Position numbers and translations under genes: made by a program. Source: Myxococcota bacterium (lineage in GTDB: Bacteria; Myxococcota_A; UBA9042; PHBI01; JAWLBL01). Taken from it: a DNA stretch of 64,000 nucleotides. The DNA is taken from contig JAWLBL010000018.1 of assembly GCA_041687695.1 (NCBI GenBank), forward strand, positions 96,001 to 160,000. The letters are read 5' to 3'. Of the stretch, positions 35,981 through 48,809 are shown piece by piece. Every line of letters starts with the position of its first letter. Positions within the stretch are counted from its first letter, which is position 1. Below the pieces are notes generated by a model. The model was given only the letters and a program-made list of their open reading frames with translations. It ran no database searches and was not told the origin of the DNA.

Positions 35981-37321
35981 TCACCCAGGATCGACGCGGT
36001 CGAGGCCGGTCTCGGCCAGCCAGGCGTCGAGGTCGCTGCGCGCGCGCTCGACGTGGGCCAGCTTGCGCCCCGCCTTGCCCCCGCGGACCTTGCGGCCGAG
36101 CGGCTCGAAGAGCCCGAAGTTGATGTTCTGCGGCTGGAAGTCGGCCCCGTCGTAGCCGTGCACGTGGCCCATCAGCGCGCCCAGCGCGGTCGTCCGTGGC
36201 GGCGGCGGAAGCGGCCGCTCCTGGCGTCGCCGCGCCAGATACAGCGCGGTCATCAGGCCCGAGGCGGTCGACTCGACGTAGCCCTCGACGCCCGTGATCT
36301 GCCCCGCGAAGCGCAAGGAAGGTCGGGCCTTCAGCCGGTTCTCGTCGTCGAGCAGCGTCGGCGAGTGCAGGAAGGTGTTGCGGTGGATCGAGCCCATCCG
36401 CAGGAACTCGACGCGCTCGAGCCCGGGGATCGAGCGGAACACGCGCTTCTGCTCGGGGTACTTGAGCTTGGTCTGGAAGCCCACCATGTTCCAGGCGGTC
36501 CCGGCCTTGTTCTCCTTTCGGAGCTGAACGACGGCGTACGGGATCTCGCCCGTGCGCGGGTCCGGCAGCCCCACCGGCTTCATCGGGCCGTAGCGCAGCG
36601 TCTCGTAGCCGCTGTCGGCCATGACCTCGATGGGCAGGCAGCCGGGGAAGTACACGGGCTTTTCGAACTCGCGCAGGGCGACCCGCTCGGCCGTCAGCAG
36701 CGCGTGGTGGAAGGCCCGGTACTGCGCCTCGTCCATCGGGCAGTTCAGGTAGTCGTCGCCGCCGCCCTTGCCGTGGCGGCTCAGGGCGTAGACGATCGAC
36801 CGATCGATGCTCTCGTCGTCCAGGATGGGCGCGATCGAGTCGTAGAAGTACAGCGAGTCCGATCCGGTCAGCGCGCGCAGGCGCTCGGCCAGCGCGTCGC
36901 TGGTCAGCGGCCCGGTCGCCACGATGACGTCGCCGTCGTCGGGCAGGTCGGTCACCTCGCCGTGGACGATCTGGATGAGCGGCTCGGCCTCGACCATCGC
37001 CGTGACCGTGGCGCTGAACTTGTCGCGGTCGACCGCCAGCGCGTCGCCGGCCGGCACCTCGCAGGCGTCGGCGGCGACCATGATGAACGAGCCGAGGCGG
37101 CGCATCTCCTCCTTGATGAGGCCGACCGCGTTCTCGGGGCTGCGCGAGCGGAAGGAGTTCGAGCAGACCAGCTCGGCCAGGCCGTCGGAGACCTGGGCCG
37201 GCGTGCGCTTTTCGGGCTTCTGCTCGCGCAGGACGACGGGGATGCCTCGGCGGGCGAGCTGCAGGGCGGCCTCGCAGCCGGCCAGCCCGCCGCCGACGAT
37301 GGTGACCGGGGCGTTCGTCAT
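35981..37321 (-). CDS. trmFO: Folate/FAD-dependent tRNA U54 methyltransferase TrmFO
   Basis: [46 protein letters not shown]. Confidence 0.97.
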   Translation of the reverse strand: MTNAPVTIVGGGLAGCEAALQLARRGIPVVLREQKPEKRTPAQVSDGLAELVCSNSFRSRSPENAVGLIKEEMRRLGSFIMVAADACEVPAGDALAVDRDKFSATVTAMVEAEPLIQIVHGEVTDLPDDGDVIVATGPLTSDALAERLRALTGSDSLYFYDSIAPILDDESIDRSIVYALSRHGKGGGDDYLNCPMDEAQYRAFHHALLTAERVALREFEKPVYFPGCLPIEVMADSGYETLRYGPMKPVGLPDPRTGEIPYAVVQLRKENKAGTAWNMVGFQTKLKYPEQKRVFRSIPGLERVEFLRMGSIHRNTFLHSPTLLDDENRLKARPSLRFAGQITGVEGYVESTASGLMTALYLARRRQERPLPPPPRTTALGALMGHVHGYDGADFQPQNINFGLFEPLGRKVRGGKAGRKLAHVERARSDLDAWLAETGLDRVDPG

Positions 37322-37325
37322 CGGA

Positions 37326-39581
<2,256 letters not shown>

Positions 39582-39582
39582 C

Positions 39583-40740
39583 TCACTGCCTCCGCGCCGT
39601 CACAGCACTGGGCTGCCCGGAGAGCGCGCGCCATCGCTCGCCCGGGAGCCGCTCCACCTGCCGGCCGACGTCCAAATCCATGAGCGTCGCCACCAGGAGG
39701 TCGATGCCGAGACCCGTTTGCATGAGCAGCCCATCGAGGTCAAGAGATCCGCGCGAACGCAAGGTCTCCAGGACGAGCTGCGCCTCCGCCGCGAGCGCGG
39801 CGGGCTCCGGGGCCCCACCCCAGCGCTCCTCACCCACGTCCTCGGGAGTCTCCTCCCAAGGCCACGGCGAGGGGTCGCCAAGGTGGCGCACGCTCCAGCC
39901 CTCGGTCAAGGACCCTGCCTCGTCCGCCAGACCCAACGCGCGCGCGAGATCCCGGGGCCCGACCAGCGCCCGGGCCCCGTCCGCCAGCAGGCCGTTGCCC
40001 CCGGCGCTGAGCGCCTCGCCCACGTTGCCGGGCACCGCCAGCACCGGCCGCCCCAGCGCCCGCGCGGCCGCCGCGGTCGACAGCGCCCCGCTGCGCCCGC
40101 CCGCCCGCGCGACGACCGTGACCGCCGACAGCCAGGCGATGACCCGGTTGCGCAGCAGGAACCGGTGCTTGGCCGGGCGCACGTCGGGCCAGAAGGCCGA
40201 GACCACCGCCCCGCCCGCGCCGACCACCGCCTCGAACAGATCGCGGTGCCGCGCCGGGTAGGGGTGATCGTGCCCGGCGCCCAGCACGACGACCGTCGGC
40301 CCGCCCGCCTCGAGCGCCGCCTCGTGCGCGGCCGCGTCGCAGCCCTCGGCGCCCCCGCTGACCACCGGGAGGCCCAGCTCGACCGCGTCGCGGGCGACGC
40401 GCCGGGCGACCGCCTCGCCGTAGGGATCGGCCGCCCGGGCGCCGACCACCGCGACGCCCGCCAGGTCGGGCAGGCGGCCGCGCACCAACAGCACCGGGGC
40501 GCCCGCCTCGTCGGCGCCGCGCGCGGGCCTGAGATCGCGCCGCGCCAGCTCGGGCGCCCAGCGGGCGTGGGGTTCGGGTCGCTCGCTGGCGCGCAGCGCT
40601 CGGACGAGGCGTCCGGGCTCCTTGCAGCGCGCCAGCAGCCCGACCAGCACGCCAATGGGCGGCGGGTCGACGAGCTGGGGCAGCTGCGGCTGCGCGGGGG
40701 GCGACGGTGACGGCGAGGCCTTGGGTGGGTCCGCGGACAT
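39583..40740 (-). CDS. dprA: DNA-processing protein DprA/Smf
   Basis: VAVVGAR, VSGGAEGCDAAAH, FLLRNRVIA, SGALSTA, AVPG, C-terminal winged helix; dprA-topA-trmFO synteny. Confidence 0.9.
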   Translation of the reverse strand: MSADPPKASPSPSPPAQPQLPQLVDPPPIGVLVGLLARCKEPGRLVRALRASERPEPHARWAPELARRDLRPARGADEAGAPVLLVRGRLPDLAGVAVVGARAADPYGEAVARRVARDAVELGLPVVSGGAEGCDAAAHEAALEAGGPTVVVLGAGHDHPYPARHRDLFEAVVGAGGAVVSAFWPDVRPAKHRFLLRNRVIAWLSAVTVVARAGGRSGALSTAAAARALGRPVLAVPGNVGEALSAGGNGLLADGARALVGPRDLARALGLADEAGSLTEGWSVRHLGDPSPWPWEETPEDVGEERWGGAPEPAALAAEAQLVLETLRSRGSLDLDGLLMQTGLGIDLLVATLMDLDVGRQVERLPGERWRALSGQPSAVTARRQ

Positions 40741-40830
40741 GGCTGGCTCCCGGCTGGGGGTTGCCTAATACAAGTCGGCGGATCGGCCGTTTTCGTTGCG
40801 CGCTTTTTTCGGTCGGCGCGCTTTTGGGGG

Positions 40831-41337
40831 TCAGTGCAGGGTCGGCGGCGGCTCGGACGGGGGCTCGCCTTCGGTCGGCGCGGCGGGGGGCGAGAGATCG
40901 AAGCCGGCCTCGCGCAGGTGCTCGAAGACGGCCAGCTTCTCGAACCGGTAGCCGCGGGTCGGGAAGGCGATGCCGCCCTCGACCGGGCGCGCCGGGAAGA
41001 GGATCGGATGCGCGTCGCGGTTGTAGCCGACCTGCACCAGGGCGCGCTCGGGCAGGACGCCGTCGGGGACGTGCAGGTGCTTGTGGACGACGTAGTAGCC
41101 CTCGCGCGGGACGCGCACGAGGCGGGCCAGGAAGTCGGCGGCCTCGGGGCCGCGGACCAGCCAGCCGCGATCGTGGAAGGACCAGCGGTTGTGTTGGTTG
41201 TCCTTGGGCATCAGGACGATGGGCGCGCCCTCGGGCGAGTGGTTGTGGAACATCACCAGCGCGCCGGGGGGGACGGCCTCTTCGTGGCCGGGCAGCGATC
41301 GGCCGGTGCGGTACAGGCCACAGGCGGGCAGCTCCAT
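40831..41337 (-). CDS. Hypothetical protein
   Basis: MELPACGLYRT..LVMFHNH..LVQVGYN; AAAGGA RBS; GC-biased third positions. Confidence 0.75.
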   Translation of the reverse strand: MELPACGLYRTGRSLPGHEEAVPPGALVMFHNHSPEGAPIVLMPKDNQHNRWSFHDRGWLVRGPEAADFLARLVRVPREGYYVVHKHLHVPDGVLPERALVQVGYNRDAHPILFPARPVEGGIAFPTRGYRFEKLAVFEHLREAGFDLSPPAAPTEGEPPSEPPPTLH

Positions 41338-41370
41338 GCGGGGTCCTTTCGTGAGGGGCGGCGGGGGCAA

Positions 41371-41388
41371 TGAATGACGATTCACTCA
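41371..41388. promoter_or_regulatory. Palindromic operator upstream of fadN resembling a FadR(YsiA) box
   Basis: TGAATGA-CGAT-TCACTCA, immediately upstream of a TTGACC -35-like hexamer. Confidence 0.6.
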
Positions 41389-41461
41389 GGGCTTGACCGG
41401 GGAGCCCGGGGCCGTCTATTGAGAGGCCCCGCATCGCTAGATTGCAAGGAGCGTCGATACC

Positions 41462-43837
41462 ATGTCTCGTAAGACCACCAGCGTACGGAAGGCCGCGGTC
41501 CTCGGCGCAGGCGTGATGGGCTCCGGCATCGCCGCCCACCTCGCGTCCTGCGGTTTTCGGACCCTGCTGCTCGACATCGTCCCGCCGAACCTGACGGACG
41601 CCGAGCGCGAAGACCCCAAGGCCCGCAACCGCTTCAGCCAGGGCGGCCTCGACGGGGCGCTCAAGGCGCGCCCGGCCGCCTTCGTCGACAAGGCGGCGGC
41701 CAGCCTCATCGAGATCGGCAACTTCGACGACGACATGGGTCGCCTCGCCGAGTGCGACTGGGTCATCGAGGTGGTCAAGGAGGACATGGGCATCAAGCGG
41801 GCGCTGCTCGAGAAGATCGAGGCCAACGTCCGCCCGGGCACCATCGTCGCGACGAACACGTCGGGCCTGTCCATCGAGGGGATGCTCGAGGGGCGCTCGG
41901 CCGAGTTCAAGGCCAACTTCCTGGGCATGCACTTCTTCAACCCGGTGCGCTACATGCACCTGCTGGAGATCATCCCGGGGCCCGAGACCAAGCCCGAAGT
42001 CGTCGAGGACATGGCGCACTTCTCGCAGCGCTACCTCGGCAAGGGCGTGGTCTACGCCAAGGACACCCCGAACTTCATCGCGAACCGCATCGGCGTGTAC
42101 TCGATGATGAAGACCATCCAGTCGATGGGCGAGCTGGGCTACACCATCGAGGAGGTCGACGCGATCGTCGGCCGCCCGATGGGCCGCCCCAAGTCGGCCG
42201 CCTTCCGCACCGCGGACGTGGTCGGGCTCGACACCTTCGTGCACGTCGCCCAGAACTGCTACGACGCGCTGCCGGACGATCCCGAGCGCGACGTCTTCCA
42301 GATCCCCGGCTTCCTGAAGGGGATGGTCGAAAAGCGGCTGCTGGGGCAGAAGACCAAGGCGGGCTTCTACCGCAAGAACGGCAAGGAGCTGCAGACCATC
42401 GATCTCGACACGCTCGAGTATCGGGCGCAGGTCAAGCCGGACTTCGCCGAGCTGAAGGCGCTCAAGAAGTACGAGGACGCGGGCGAGCGCCTGAAGGTGC
42501 TGGTCGCTGGTGACGGCCGCGCGGCCAAGTTCGCCTGGCACGTCCTGAGCCGGTCGCTGGCCTACGCGGCCAACATCGCGACCGACATCGCCGACGATCT
42601 GGTGAACATCGACCGCGGCATGCGCTGGGGCTTCAACTGGGACCAGGGCCCGTTCGAGGCCTGGCAGGCCCTGGGCGTCAAGGAGACGGCCGAGCGCATC
42701 CGCGCCGAGGGCCTGACCCTGCCGGCGTGGGTGGACGACGCCATCGCCGCGGGCGGCTTCTACGTCGACGGCGCCGAGCCCAAGGCCTTCGTGCCGGGCG
42801 CCGAGCTGGCGCCGGTGCCGCAGATCCCGGGCGCGCTGTCGCTCGAGCGCGTGCGCAAGGCCGGCGGCGTGGTCGAGAAGAACCGCAGCGCGACGCTGCT
42901 GGACCTGGGCGACGGCATCGCCTGCCTCGAGTTCCACACCAAGATGAACACCGTCGACGACGGCCTCGTCGCGATGATGAACAAGGCCTGCGACATCGTC
43001 GACCGCGACTTCGACGGCCTGGTCGTGGCGAACGAGGGCGAGCACTTCTCGGCCGGCGCCAACCTGATGCTCGTCGTGATGAACGCCAACCAGAAGAAGT
43101 GGGCGGACATCGAGGCGGTCTGCAAGGGCTTCCAGGACGCCAACCAGCGCCTGACCTACCTGTCCAAGCCGGTCGTGACCAACCCGCACGGCCTGACCCT
43201 GGGCGGCGGCTGCGAGATGGCGATGGCCGGCGACCGCATGCTGGTCTCGCAGGAGACCTACATGGGCCTGGTCGAGGTCGGCGTCGGCCTCATCCCGGGC
43301 GGCGCGGGCACGCTGAACCTGCTCAAGCGGGTCCTGGCCAACGTGCCGGCGTCCTTCCAGGGCGACCGCATGCCCTTCATCCAGAAGGCCTTCGAGGCCA
43401 TCGGCCTGGCCAAGGTCGCGACCGGCGCCGGCGAGGTCTTCGACATCGGCTTCGGAACGCCCAAGGACGAGATCGCGTTCAACCGCGACCGGCGCATCGC
43501 CGACGCCAAGGCGCTGGCGCTGTACCTGGCCGAGCGCGGCTACACCCCGCCGCGGCCGGCCGACAACCTCATCCTGCCGGGCCGCGCCGGCTCGAGCGCC
43601 ATCTCGCTGTTCGTCTACGGCCTGATGCTGTCGGGCAACGCGTCCGAGCACGACAAGAAGATCGCCGACAAGCTGGCCTACGTCCTGTGCGGCGGCGACA
43701 CCGACGGCAAGACGGCGGTGAGCGAGCAGCACGTCCTGGATCTCGAGCGCGAGGCCTTCATGAGCCTCGTCGGCGAGCCCAAGACGCTCGAGCGCATGCA
43801 GTACATGCTGATGAACAACAAGCCGCTGCGTAACTGA
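41462..43837 (+). CDS. fadN: 3-hydroxyacyl-CoA dehydrogenase/enoyl-CoA hydratase (FadN type)
   Basis: [38 protein letters not shown], then crotonase [25 protein letters not shown]-terminal KPLRN. Confidence 0.93.
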   Translation: MSRKTTSVRKAAVLGAGVMGSGIAAHLASCGFRTLLLDIVPPNLTDAEREDPKARNRFSQGGLDGALKARPAAFVDKAAASLIEIGNFDDDMGRLAECDWVIEVVKEDMGIKRALLEKIEANVRPGTIVATNTSGLSIEGMLEGRSAEFKANFLGMHFFNPVRYMHLLEIIPGPETKPEVVEDMAHFSQRYLGKGVVYAKDTPNFIANRIGVYSMMKTIQSMGELGYTIEEVDAIVGRPMGRPKSAAFRTADVVGLDTFVHVAQNCYDALPDDPERDVFQIPGFLKGMVEKRLLGQKTKAGFYRKNGKELQTIDLDTLEYRAQVKPDFAELKALKKYEDAGERLKVLVAGDGRAAKFAWHVLSRSLAYAANIATDIADDLVNIDRGMRWGFNWDQGPFEAWQALGVKETAERIRAEGLTLPAWVDDAIAAGGFYVDGAEPKAFVPGAELAPVPQIPGALSLERVRKAGGVVEKNRSATLLDLGDGIACLEFHTKMNTVDDGLVAMMNKACDIVDRDFDGLVVANEGEHFSAGANLMLVVMNANQKKWADIEAVCKGFQDANQRLTYLSKPVVTNPHGLTLGGGCEMAMAGDRMLVSQETYMGLVEVGVGLIPGGAGTLNLLKRVLANVPASFQGDRMPFIQKAFEAIGLAKVATGAGEVFDIGFGTPKDEIAFNRDRRIADAKALALYLAERGYTPPRPADNLILPGRAGSSAISLFVYGLMLSGNASEHDKKIADKLAYVLCGGDTDGKTAVSEQHVLDLEREAFMSLVGEPKTLERMQYMLMNNKPLRN

Positions 43838-43862
43838 GCCGCGGTCCACGAGGAGAGTCGTC

Positions 43863-44990
43863 ATGCGTGAAGCAGTCATCGTCAGCGCGGTCCGCACCCC
43901 GGTCGGCCGCGCCATCAAGGGCAGCTACAAGGACGTCCGCCCCGAGGACCTGGGCGCCGCGGCCTTCCGCGCCGCGATCGAGCGCGTCCCGGGCCTGGAC
44001 CCGGCCGAGGTCGAGGACGTCGTGGTGGGCTGCGCCATGCCCGAGGGCCCGCAGGGGCTGAACGTCGGCCGCACCATCGGCCTGCTGGCCGGCCTGCCGA
44101 CCTCGGTCCCGGCGCAGACCGTCAACCGGTTCTGCTCGTCGGGCCTGCAGACCATCGCCAGCGCGGCCGAGCGCATCATGGCCGGCTTCGCCGACGTCAT
44201 CGTGGCGGGCGGCGTCGAGTCGATGTCGATGGTCCCGATGGGCGGGTTCACCCCGCGCCCGCACCCGGCCACCGTCGCCGAGAACCCGGCGCTGTTCACC
44301 CCGATGGGGTCGACGGCCGAGGTGGTGGCCGACCGCTACGGCATCACCCGCGCCGAGCAGGACGCCTTCGCGGTGCGCAGCCACGCCAACGCCGTGGACG
44401 CCATCGAGAAGGGCCGCTTCAAGGACGAGCTCGTGCCCTTCGCCGGGCTGGACCGCGACGAGGGCCCGCGCCCGGGCACGACGGCCGAGGTGCTGGGCAA
44501 CCTGAAGCCGGCGTTCAAGCTGGGCGGGTCGGTCACCGCGGGCAACAGCTCGCAGATGAGCGACGGCGCGGCGGCGGCGGTGGTCATGAGCCGCGCCAAG
44601 GCCGAGAGCCTGGGCGCCGAGATCCTGGGCGTCTTCCGCGGCTACGCGGTCGTCGGCGTCGAGCCGGACGAGATGGGCGTCGGGCCGGCCTACGCCATCC
44701 CGAAGCTGCTCGAGATGACCGGCGTGAAGCTCGAGGACATCGATCTGTTCGAGATCAACGAGGCCTTCGCCTCGCAGGCCGTGTACTCGGTCAAGAAGCT
44801 CGGCATCGACATGGACAAGGTCAACGTCAACGGCGGCGCCATCGCCCTGGGCCACCCGCTCGGGTGCACCGGCGCCAAGCTGACGGCGACCCTGCTCCAT
44901 GAGCTCAAGCGCCGCGGCGGCCGTTACGGTGTCGTCTCGATGTGCATCGGCGGCGGCATGGGCGCCGCGGGCCTGTTCGAGCGCATCTAG
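43863..44990 (+). CDS. fadA: Acetyl-CoA C-acyltransferase (thiolase)
   Basis: [34 protein letters not shown]. Confidence 0.96.
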   Translation: MREAVIVSAVRTPVGRAIKGSYKDVRPEDLGAAAFRAAIERVPGLDPAEVEDVVVGCAMPEGPQGLNVGRTIGLLAGLPTSVPAQTVNRFCSSGLQTIASAAERIMAGFADVIVAGGVESMSMVPMGGFTPRPHPATVAENPALFTPMGSTAEVVADRYGITRAEQDAFAVRSHANAVDAIEKGRFKDELVPFAGLDRDEGPRPGTTAEVLGNLKPAFKLGGSVTAGNSSQMSDGAAAAVVMSRAKAESLGAEILGVFRGYAVVGVEPDEMGVGPAYAIPKLLEMTGVKLEDIDLFEINEAFASQAVYSVKKLGIDMDKVNVNGGAIALGHPLGCTGAKLTATLLHELKRRGGRYGVVSMCIGGGMGAAGLFERI

Positions 44991-45120
44991 GCCTCGAAGC
45001 CTGGCTTGCGAGTGGAAGGGCGGGTGACCTGCGGGTCGTCCGCCCTTCGTCTTTCGAAGCGGATCGCGGCCCACACCCTCGCAAGGTCGACCAACGGAGG
45101 CCGTTCGGGCCGGCTGGAAG

Positions 45121-45287
45121 AGGGTGTCGTATCGACCCCGTCGCAGGTTGCCTTGGAGTGCTCCAGCTCAAAGCCCCGGAGCCGGCGGCTTGCCGCCGGG
45201 ATCTGGCCGCCAGACCGGCGCAGCAAGCTGCGCCGGATGGGGGCTCCACCAAGGTGGAGCACTCCGGTTGGGCTCTTGAGACACCCT
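45121..45287. mobile_element. Putative 167-bp MITE
   Basis: Terminal IR AGGGTGTC/GACACCCT, flanking direct repeat CTGGAAG (45114-45120, 45288-45294), internal IR GGAGTGCTCCA/TGGAGCACTCC and several hairpins. Confidence 0.55.
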
Positions 45288-45385
45288 CTGGAAGCCGGCG
45301 ATCCCGGGGGAGGGCGTTGCGAGTGTCCTTGCGGCACCTGGGCGCGTCGCTTGTGGCGGGGGCGGGCCGCTGTTATCAATGGCGC

Positions 45386-45697
45386 GTGGTTCGGCTCCTC
45401 CTCATCGTCATGTTCGCTGCCTTCCTCGAGCAGGCGACCGGCCTCGCGGCGCTGCTGCAGCCCGCCGAGATCGACTGCTGCGGTGAGGCGCACTCGCAGG
45501 GCGACCAGGACGACGAACCCGACTGCCCGCCCGAGTGCTGCAGCGCCTGCGCGCCGCTCAGGACGGCCGATCGCACGGTCACCAGCGACGTCGTGGTGTT
45601 CACCGCGGGTGAGTGGCTCGTCGCGCGCGACCAGAGCCCGCCCATCGAACCCGAGCCGCGTCGGGTCCGCCACGTTCCCAGATCCCAGGCCGCCTGA
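45386..45697 (+). CDS. Small Cys-rich leader protein (DUF2946/CzcI/CruR-like)
   Basis: Hydrophobic N-terminus, DCCGEAH, DCPPECCSAC, C-terminal PEPRRVRHVPR; upstream of the czc-like genes. Confidence 0.65.
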   Translation: MVRLLLIVMFAAFLEQATGLAALLQPAEIDCCGEAHSQGDQDDEPDCPPECCSACAPLRTADRTVTSDVVVFTAGEWLVARDQSPPIEPEPRRVRHVPRSQAA

Positions 45698-45814
45698 TCG
45701 TCTGAGCAGGAACGTCCTGTCCGATGCGGCCCGACCGCGTCCGGGCAGCCTTCGCGCCGTGTTGCGCCCCACCCATGGGGCCGTGCGCGGCCGTGGACCT
45801 TCGCGGAGACTCCC

Positions 45815-47059
45815 TTGCGATTTCCAATGGGCGCGCTGGTGCTCGCGGGCATCCTCGCCGCCGCCCCCGTGCGCGCGCAGCCGAGCGACGCGCCGGCGCT
45901 GACCCTCGCGCAGCTGGTCGACCTGGCCCTGTCCCGCGTTGTAGGCGTGCAGGCGGCGCGCGCCCGCATCGCCGAGGCCCGCGCGCTGCGCGTCGGCGCC
46001 GGCCTGCGTGACAACCCCACCGTCGAAGGGGCGGCCGGGCCGCGCTTCCACGACGGCGGCACCGGGCTCGAGCTGGAGGTCGGCGCCACGCTGCCCCTCG
46101 ACGTGCCCGGCCGCCGCGCTCGCCGCCTGGCCGTGGCCGCCGCCCGCCTCACCCAGGCCGAGGCCGAGCTCGAGGTCGCGAGGCGCGAGGTCGCGCTGGC
46201 CGTCATCGAGGAGTGGGCGCGCCTCGGGGCCGCCCAGGGCGCCCTAGACGTCAGCCGCGCCGCCGTCGCGCTGGCCCAGGAGCTGGTCGCGGCCGTCGAG
46301 GGCCGCGAGGCCGCGGGGACCGCCAGCGGGCTCGACCGGGTGATGGCCGAGGCCGAGCTGGCCAAGGCGCGCGCCCAGCTCGCCGCGCAGCAGCGCGAGG
46401 TGGTGCAGGCCCGAGCGCGGCTGGCCCGACTGGTCGGCGCCCCCGAGGCCCTGACCGCGCCGCTGGACGTCGATCTGACCAGCCTCGCCGAGCTGGGTGA
46501 CGCGGTGCCCGAGGTCGCGCCCGTGCAGCTCGAGGCGCTGGCGGCGCGCGCCGATGTGGCCCGCGCCGAGACCACGCTCGCCCGGGCCGCCGCCCTCCCG
46601 GACGTCGCCGTCGGCGCCTGGTACGCCCAGGAAGAGGGCGCGCACATCGCGACCGCCGGCGTCTCGGTCACGCTGCCCGTCTTCGATCGCGGGCAGGGCG
46701 ATCTGGCGCTGGCGCGCGCCCAGGAGGCCACCGCCGCCGCCGAGCGCGAGGCCGCCGAGCGCCGCCTCGTCGCCACCCGCCAGGGCGCCGCCCTCGTGTT
46801 TCGGCAGGCCGCCGAGGCGACCCGACTGACCCGCGACGAGGTCGTGCCCCGGGCCGACCGCGCCGTCGAGATGGCGCGCGAGGCCTACCTCGCGGGCAAG
46901 ATCGACCTCACCACCGTCATCACCCTGCGGCGCCAGGCCCTCGAGGCCCGCGCCGCGCTCCAGGAACGCCTGCTCGTGCAGGCGCTCGCCGGGGTCGCCG
47001 TGTGGTCGGCCTCCGGCGCTCCCTTGCCCTTCGACGACTCCATCAGGACCGACCCATGA
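45815..47059 (+). CDS. czcC: TolC/CzcC-family outer membrane efflux protein
   Basis: Signal peptide, DNP, LPVFDRGQG, AREAYLAGKIDL; first gene of an RND cluster. Confidence 0.85.
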   Translation: MRFPMGALVLAGILAAAPVRAQPSDAPALTLAQLVDLALSRVVGVQAARARIAEARALRVGAGLRDNPTVEGAAGPRFHDGGTGLELEVGATLPLDVPGRRARRLAVAAARLTQAEAELEVARREVALAVIEEWARLGAAQGALDVSRAAVALAQELVAAVEGREAAGTASGLDRVMAEAELAKARAQLAAQQREVVQARARLARLVGAPEALTAPLDVDLTSLAELGDAVPEVAPVQLEALAARADVARAETTLARAAALPDVAVGAWYAQEEGAHIATAGVSVTLPVFDRGQGDLALARAQEATAAAEREAAERRLVATRQGAALVFRQAAEATRLTRDEVVPRADRAVEMAREAYLAGKIDLTTVITLRRQALEARAALQERLLVQALAGVAVWSASGAPLPFDDSIRTDP

Positions 47060-47430
47060 CCATCAGCCCCCTCGTCCGCTCCCTGCTCTGCGCCGCCGCC
47101 CTGACCCTGGCCCTCGCCGGCTGCCAGAAGTCCGAGGCGCCCAAGCCCGAGACCCCGACCGGCACCGTCGCCCCGGCCAAGGACGAGGCCGGGGCCGCCA
47201 AGCCCGCCGAGGCGCCTCAGCACGGCAAGCCCGGCGCCGAGCCCGGCTCGCACGAGGACTGGTGCGGCGAGCACGCCGTCCCCGAGTCGCAGTGCACGCG
47301 CTGCAACGCCAAGCTCATCCCCGCCTTCAAGGCGACCGGCGACTGGTGCGACGACCACGGCCTGCCCAAGTCGCAGTGCCTCACCTGCAACCCCGACCTG
47401 AAGATCGAGCGCCCCCCGAAGCAGGGCTGA
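47056..47430 (+). CDS. Small metal-binding lipoprotein with two WCxxHxxPxSxCxxC motifs
   Basis: Lipobox LAGC; DWCGEHAVPESQCTRCN and DWCDDHGLPKSQCLTCN. Confidence 0.8.
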   Translation: MTISPLVRSLLCAAALTLALAGCQKSEAPKPETPTGTVAPAKDEAGAAKPAEAPQHGKPGAEPGSHEDWCGEHAVPESQCTRCNAKLIPAFKATGDWCDDHGLPKSQCLTCNPDLKIERPPKQG

Positions 47431-47440
47431 GGAGGCTCCG

Positions 47441-48808
47441 ATGCGTGGCGATGTGACACGAGCGATGCTCGGCGCCCTGGCGTTGGCCATGGCCGCCGGC
47501 TGCAAGGCGGACGCCCCGACCGGCGCCCCTGCGCCGGCCGAGCCCCGCCCGACGGCGGCCGCGGCGGCGGACATGTGCGCCGAGCACGGCGTGCTCGAGG
47601 CCCTGTGCACGAAGTGCAACCCGAGCCTGGCGCCCATCTTCCAGAAGAAGGGCGACTGGTGCGGCGAGCACGGGCTGCCCGAGTCGATCTGTCCCATCTG
47701 CCACCCCGAGCGCGGCGGCCGCCCGGCCGTCGACGTCTCGGTCGACGAGGCCCCGCCCGACGGGCTCGAGGTGCGGCTCGCGGCCGCCGAGACCGCCCGC
47801 ATCGCCGGCCTCGATACCGCCCCGGTCATCGAGCGCGCGGTCGCCGGCACGCTGGTCGCCCCGGCCCGCCTCACCTGGGACGCGACCCGGCTGGCCCGGA
47901 TCGGCGCCCGCTCCTCGGGCGTCGTCCGCTCGCTGGCGGCCGACGTGGGCGCCGTCGTCGCGGCCGACGCGCCCCTGGCCACCGTCGACAGCCCCGAGGT
48001 CGGGGCCACCCGCGGCGAACGCGCGGCCGCCTCCGCCCGTCTGACGGCGGCCCGCAAGGTGCTGGCTCGCGAGCGCGATCTCCACGCCCGCGGCCTGTCG
48101 CCCCTGGCCGACGTGCAGCGCGCCGAGGCCGCCGTCGCCGTCGCCCGCGCCGAGCTGGCCGCCTCGCGGGCATCGCTGTCCGCCACCGCGGGCGCGGGCG
48201 GCAAGGACGGACGCTATGCGCTGACCACCCCCATCGCGGGCACGGTCACGCAGCGCCTGGCCACCATCGGCCAGACCGTCAACGCCGGCGAGGTCCTCTT
48301 CGAGATCGTCGACACCTCGGTCGTCTGGGCCGAGGTCGACGTCCCCGAGCGCGACATCGGCCGCCTGGCGGTGGGGCAAGCCGTGACCATCACCGTCCCC
48401 GCCCTGGGCCCCGACGCCCGCTTCCAGGGCACGGTCGCGGTCCTCGGCGCCGCCGTCGACGAGCACACCCGCACCGTCCGCGTCCGGGTCCCGCTGGACA
48501 ACCCCGACGGCCGCCTGCGTGCCAACATGCTGGCCGAGGCCCGGGTCGAAGCCGCCGCCGGCGCCCCTGCGCTGCTGGTCCCGCGCGCCGCCGTGCAGAA
48601 CGCCAAGGGCGTCGAGCTGGTCTTCGTGAAGAAGGACGTCGACCTCTACCAGACGCGGCGCGTCCGCGTCGGTGCCTACGAGGGCGATCTCGTCCGCATC
48701 ACCTCGGGGCTCAAGCCCGGCGAGCAGGTCGTCACCACCGGGAGCTTCCTGCTCAAGACCGAGACCCTGCGCGACAGCATCGGCGCCGGCTGCTGCGCCG
48801 AGGACTGA
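47441..48808 (+). CDS. czcB: CzcB/CusB-type RND periplasmic adaptor with N-terminal Cys/His domain
   Basis: Lipobox AAGC, TPIAGTV, VWAEVDVPE, TRTVRVRV.LDNPDGRLRANM, GLKPGEQVVTTG. Confidence 0.88.
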   Translation: MRGDVTRAMLGALALAMAAGCKADAPTGAPAPAEPRPTAAAAADMCAEHGVLEALCTKCNPSLAPIFQKKGDWCGEHGLPESICPICHPERGGRPAVDVSVDEAPPDGLEVRLAAAETARIAGLDTAPVIERAVAGTLVAPARLTWDATRLARIGARSSGVVRSLAADVGAVVAADAPLATVDSPEVGATRGERAAASARLTAARKVLARERDLHARGLSPLADVQRAEAAVAVARAELAASRASLSATAGAGGKDGRYALTTPIAGTVTQRLATIGQTVNAGEVLFEIVDTSVVWAEVDVPERDIGRLAVGQAVTITVPALGPDARFQGTVAVLGAAVDEHTRTVRVRVPLDNPDGRLRANMLAEARVEAAAGAPALLVPRAAVQNAKGVELVFVKKDVDLYQTRRVRVGAYEGDLVRITSGLKPGEQVVTTGSFLLKTETLRDSIGAGCCAED

Positions 48809-48809
48809 G

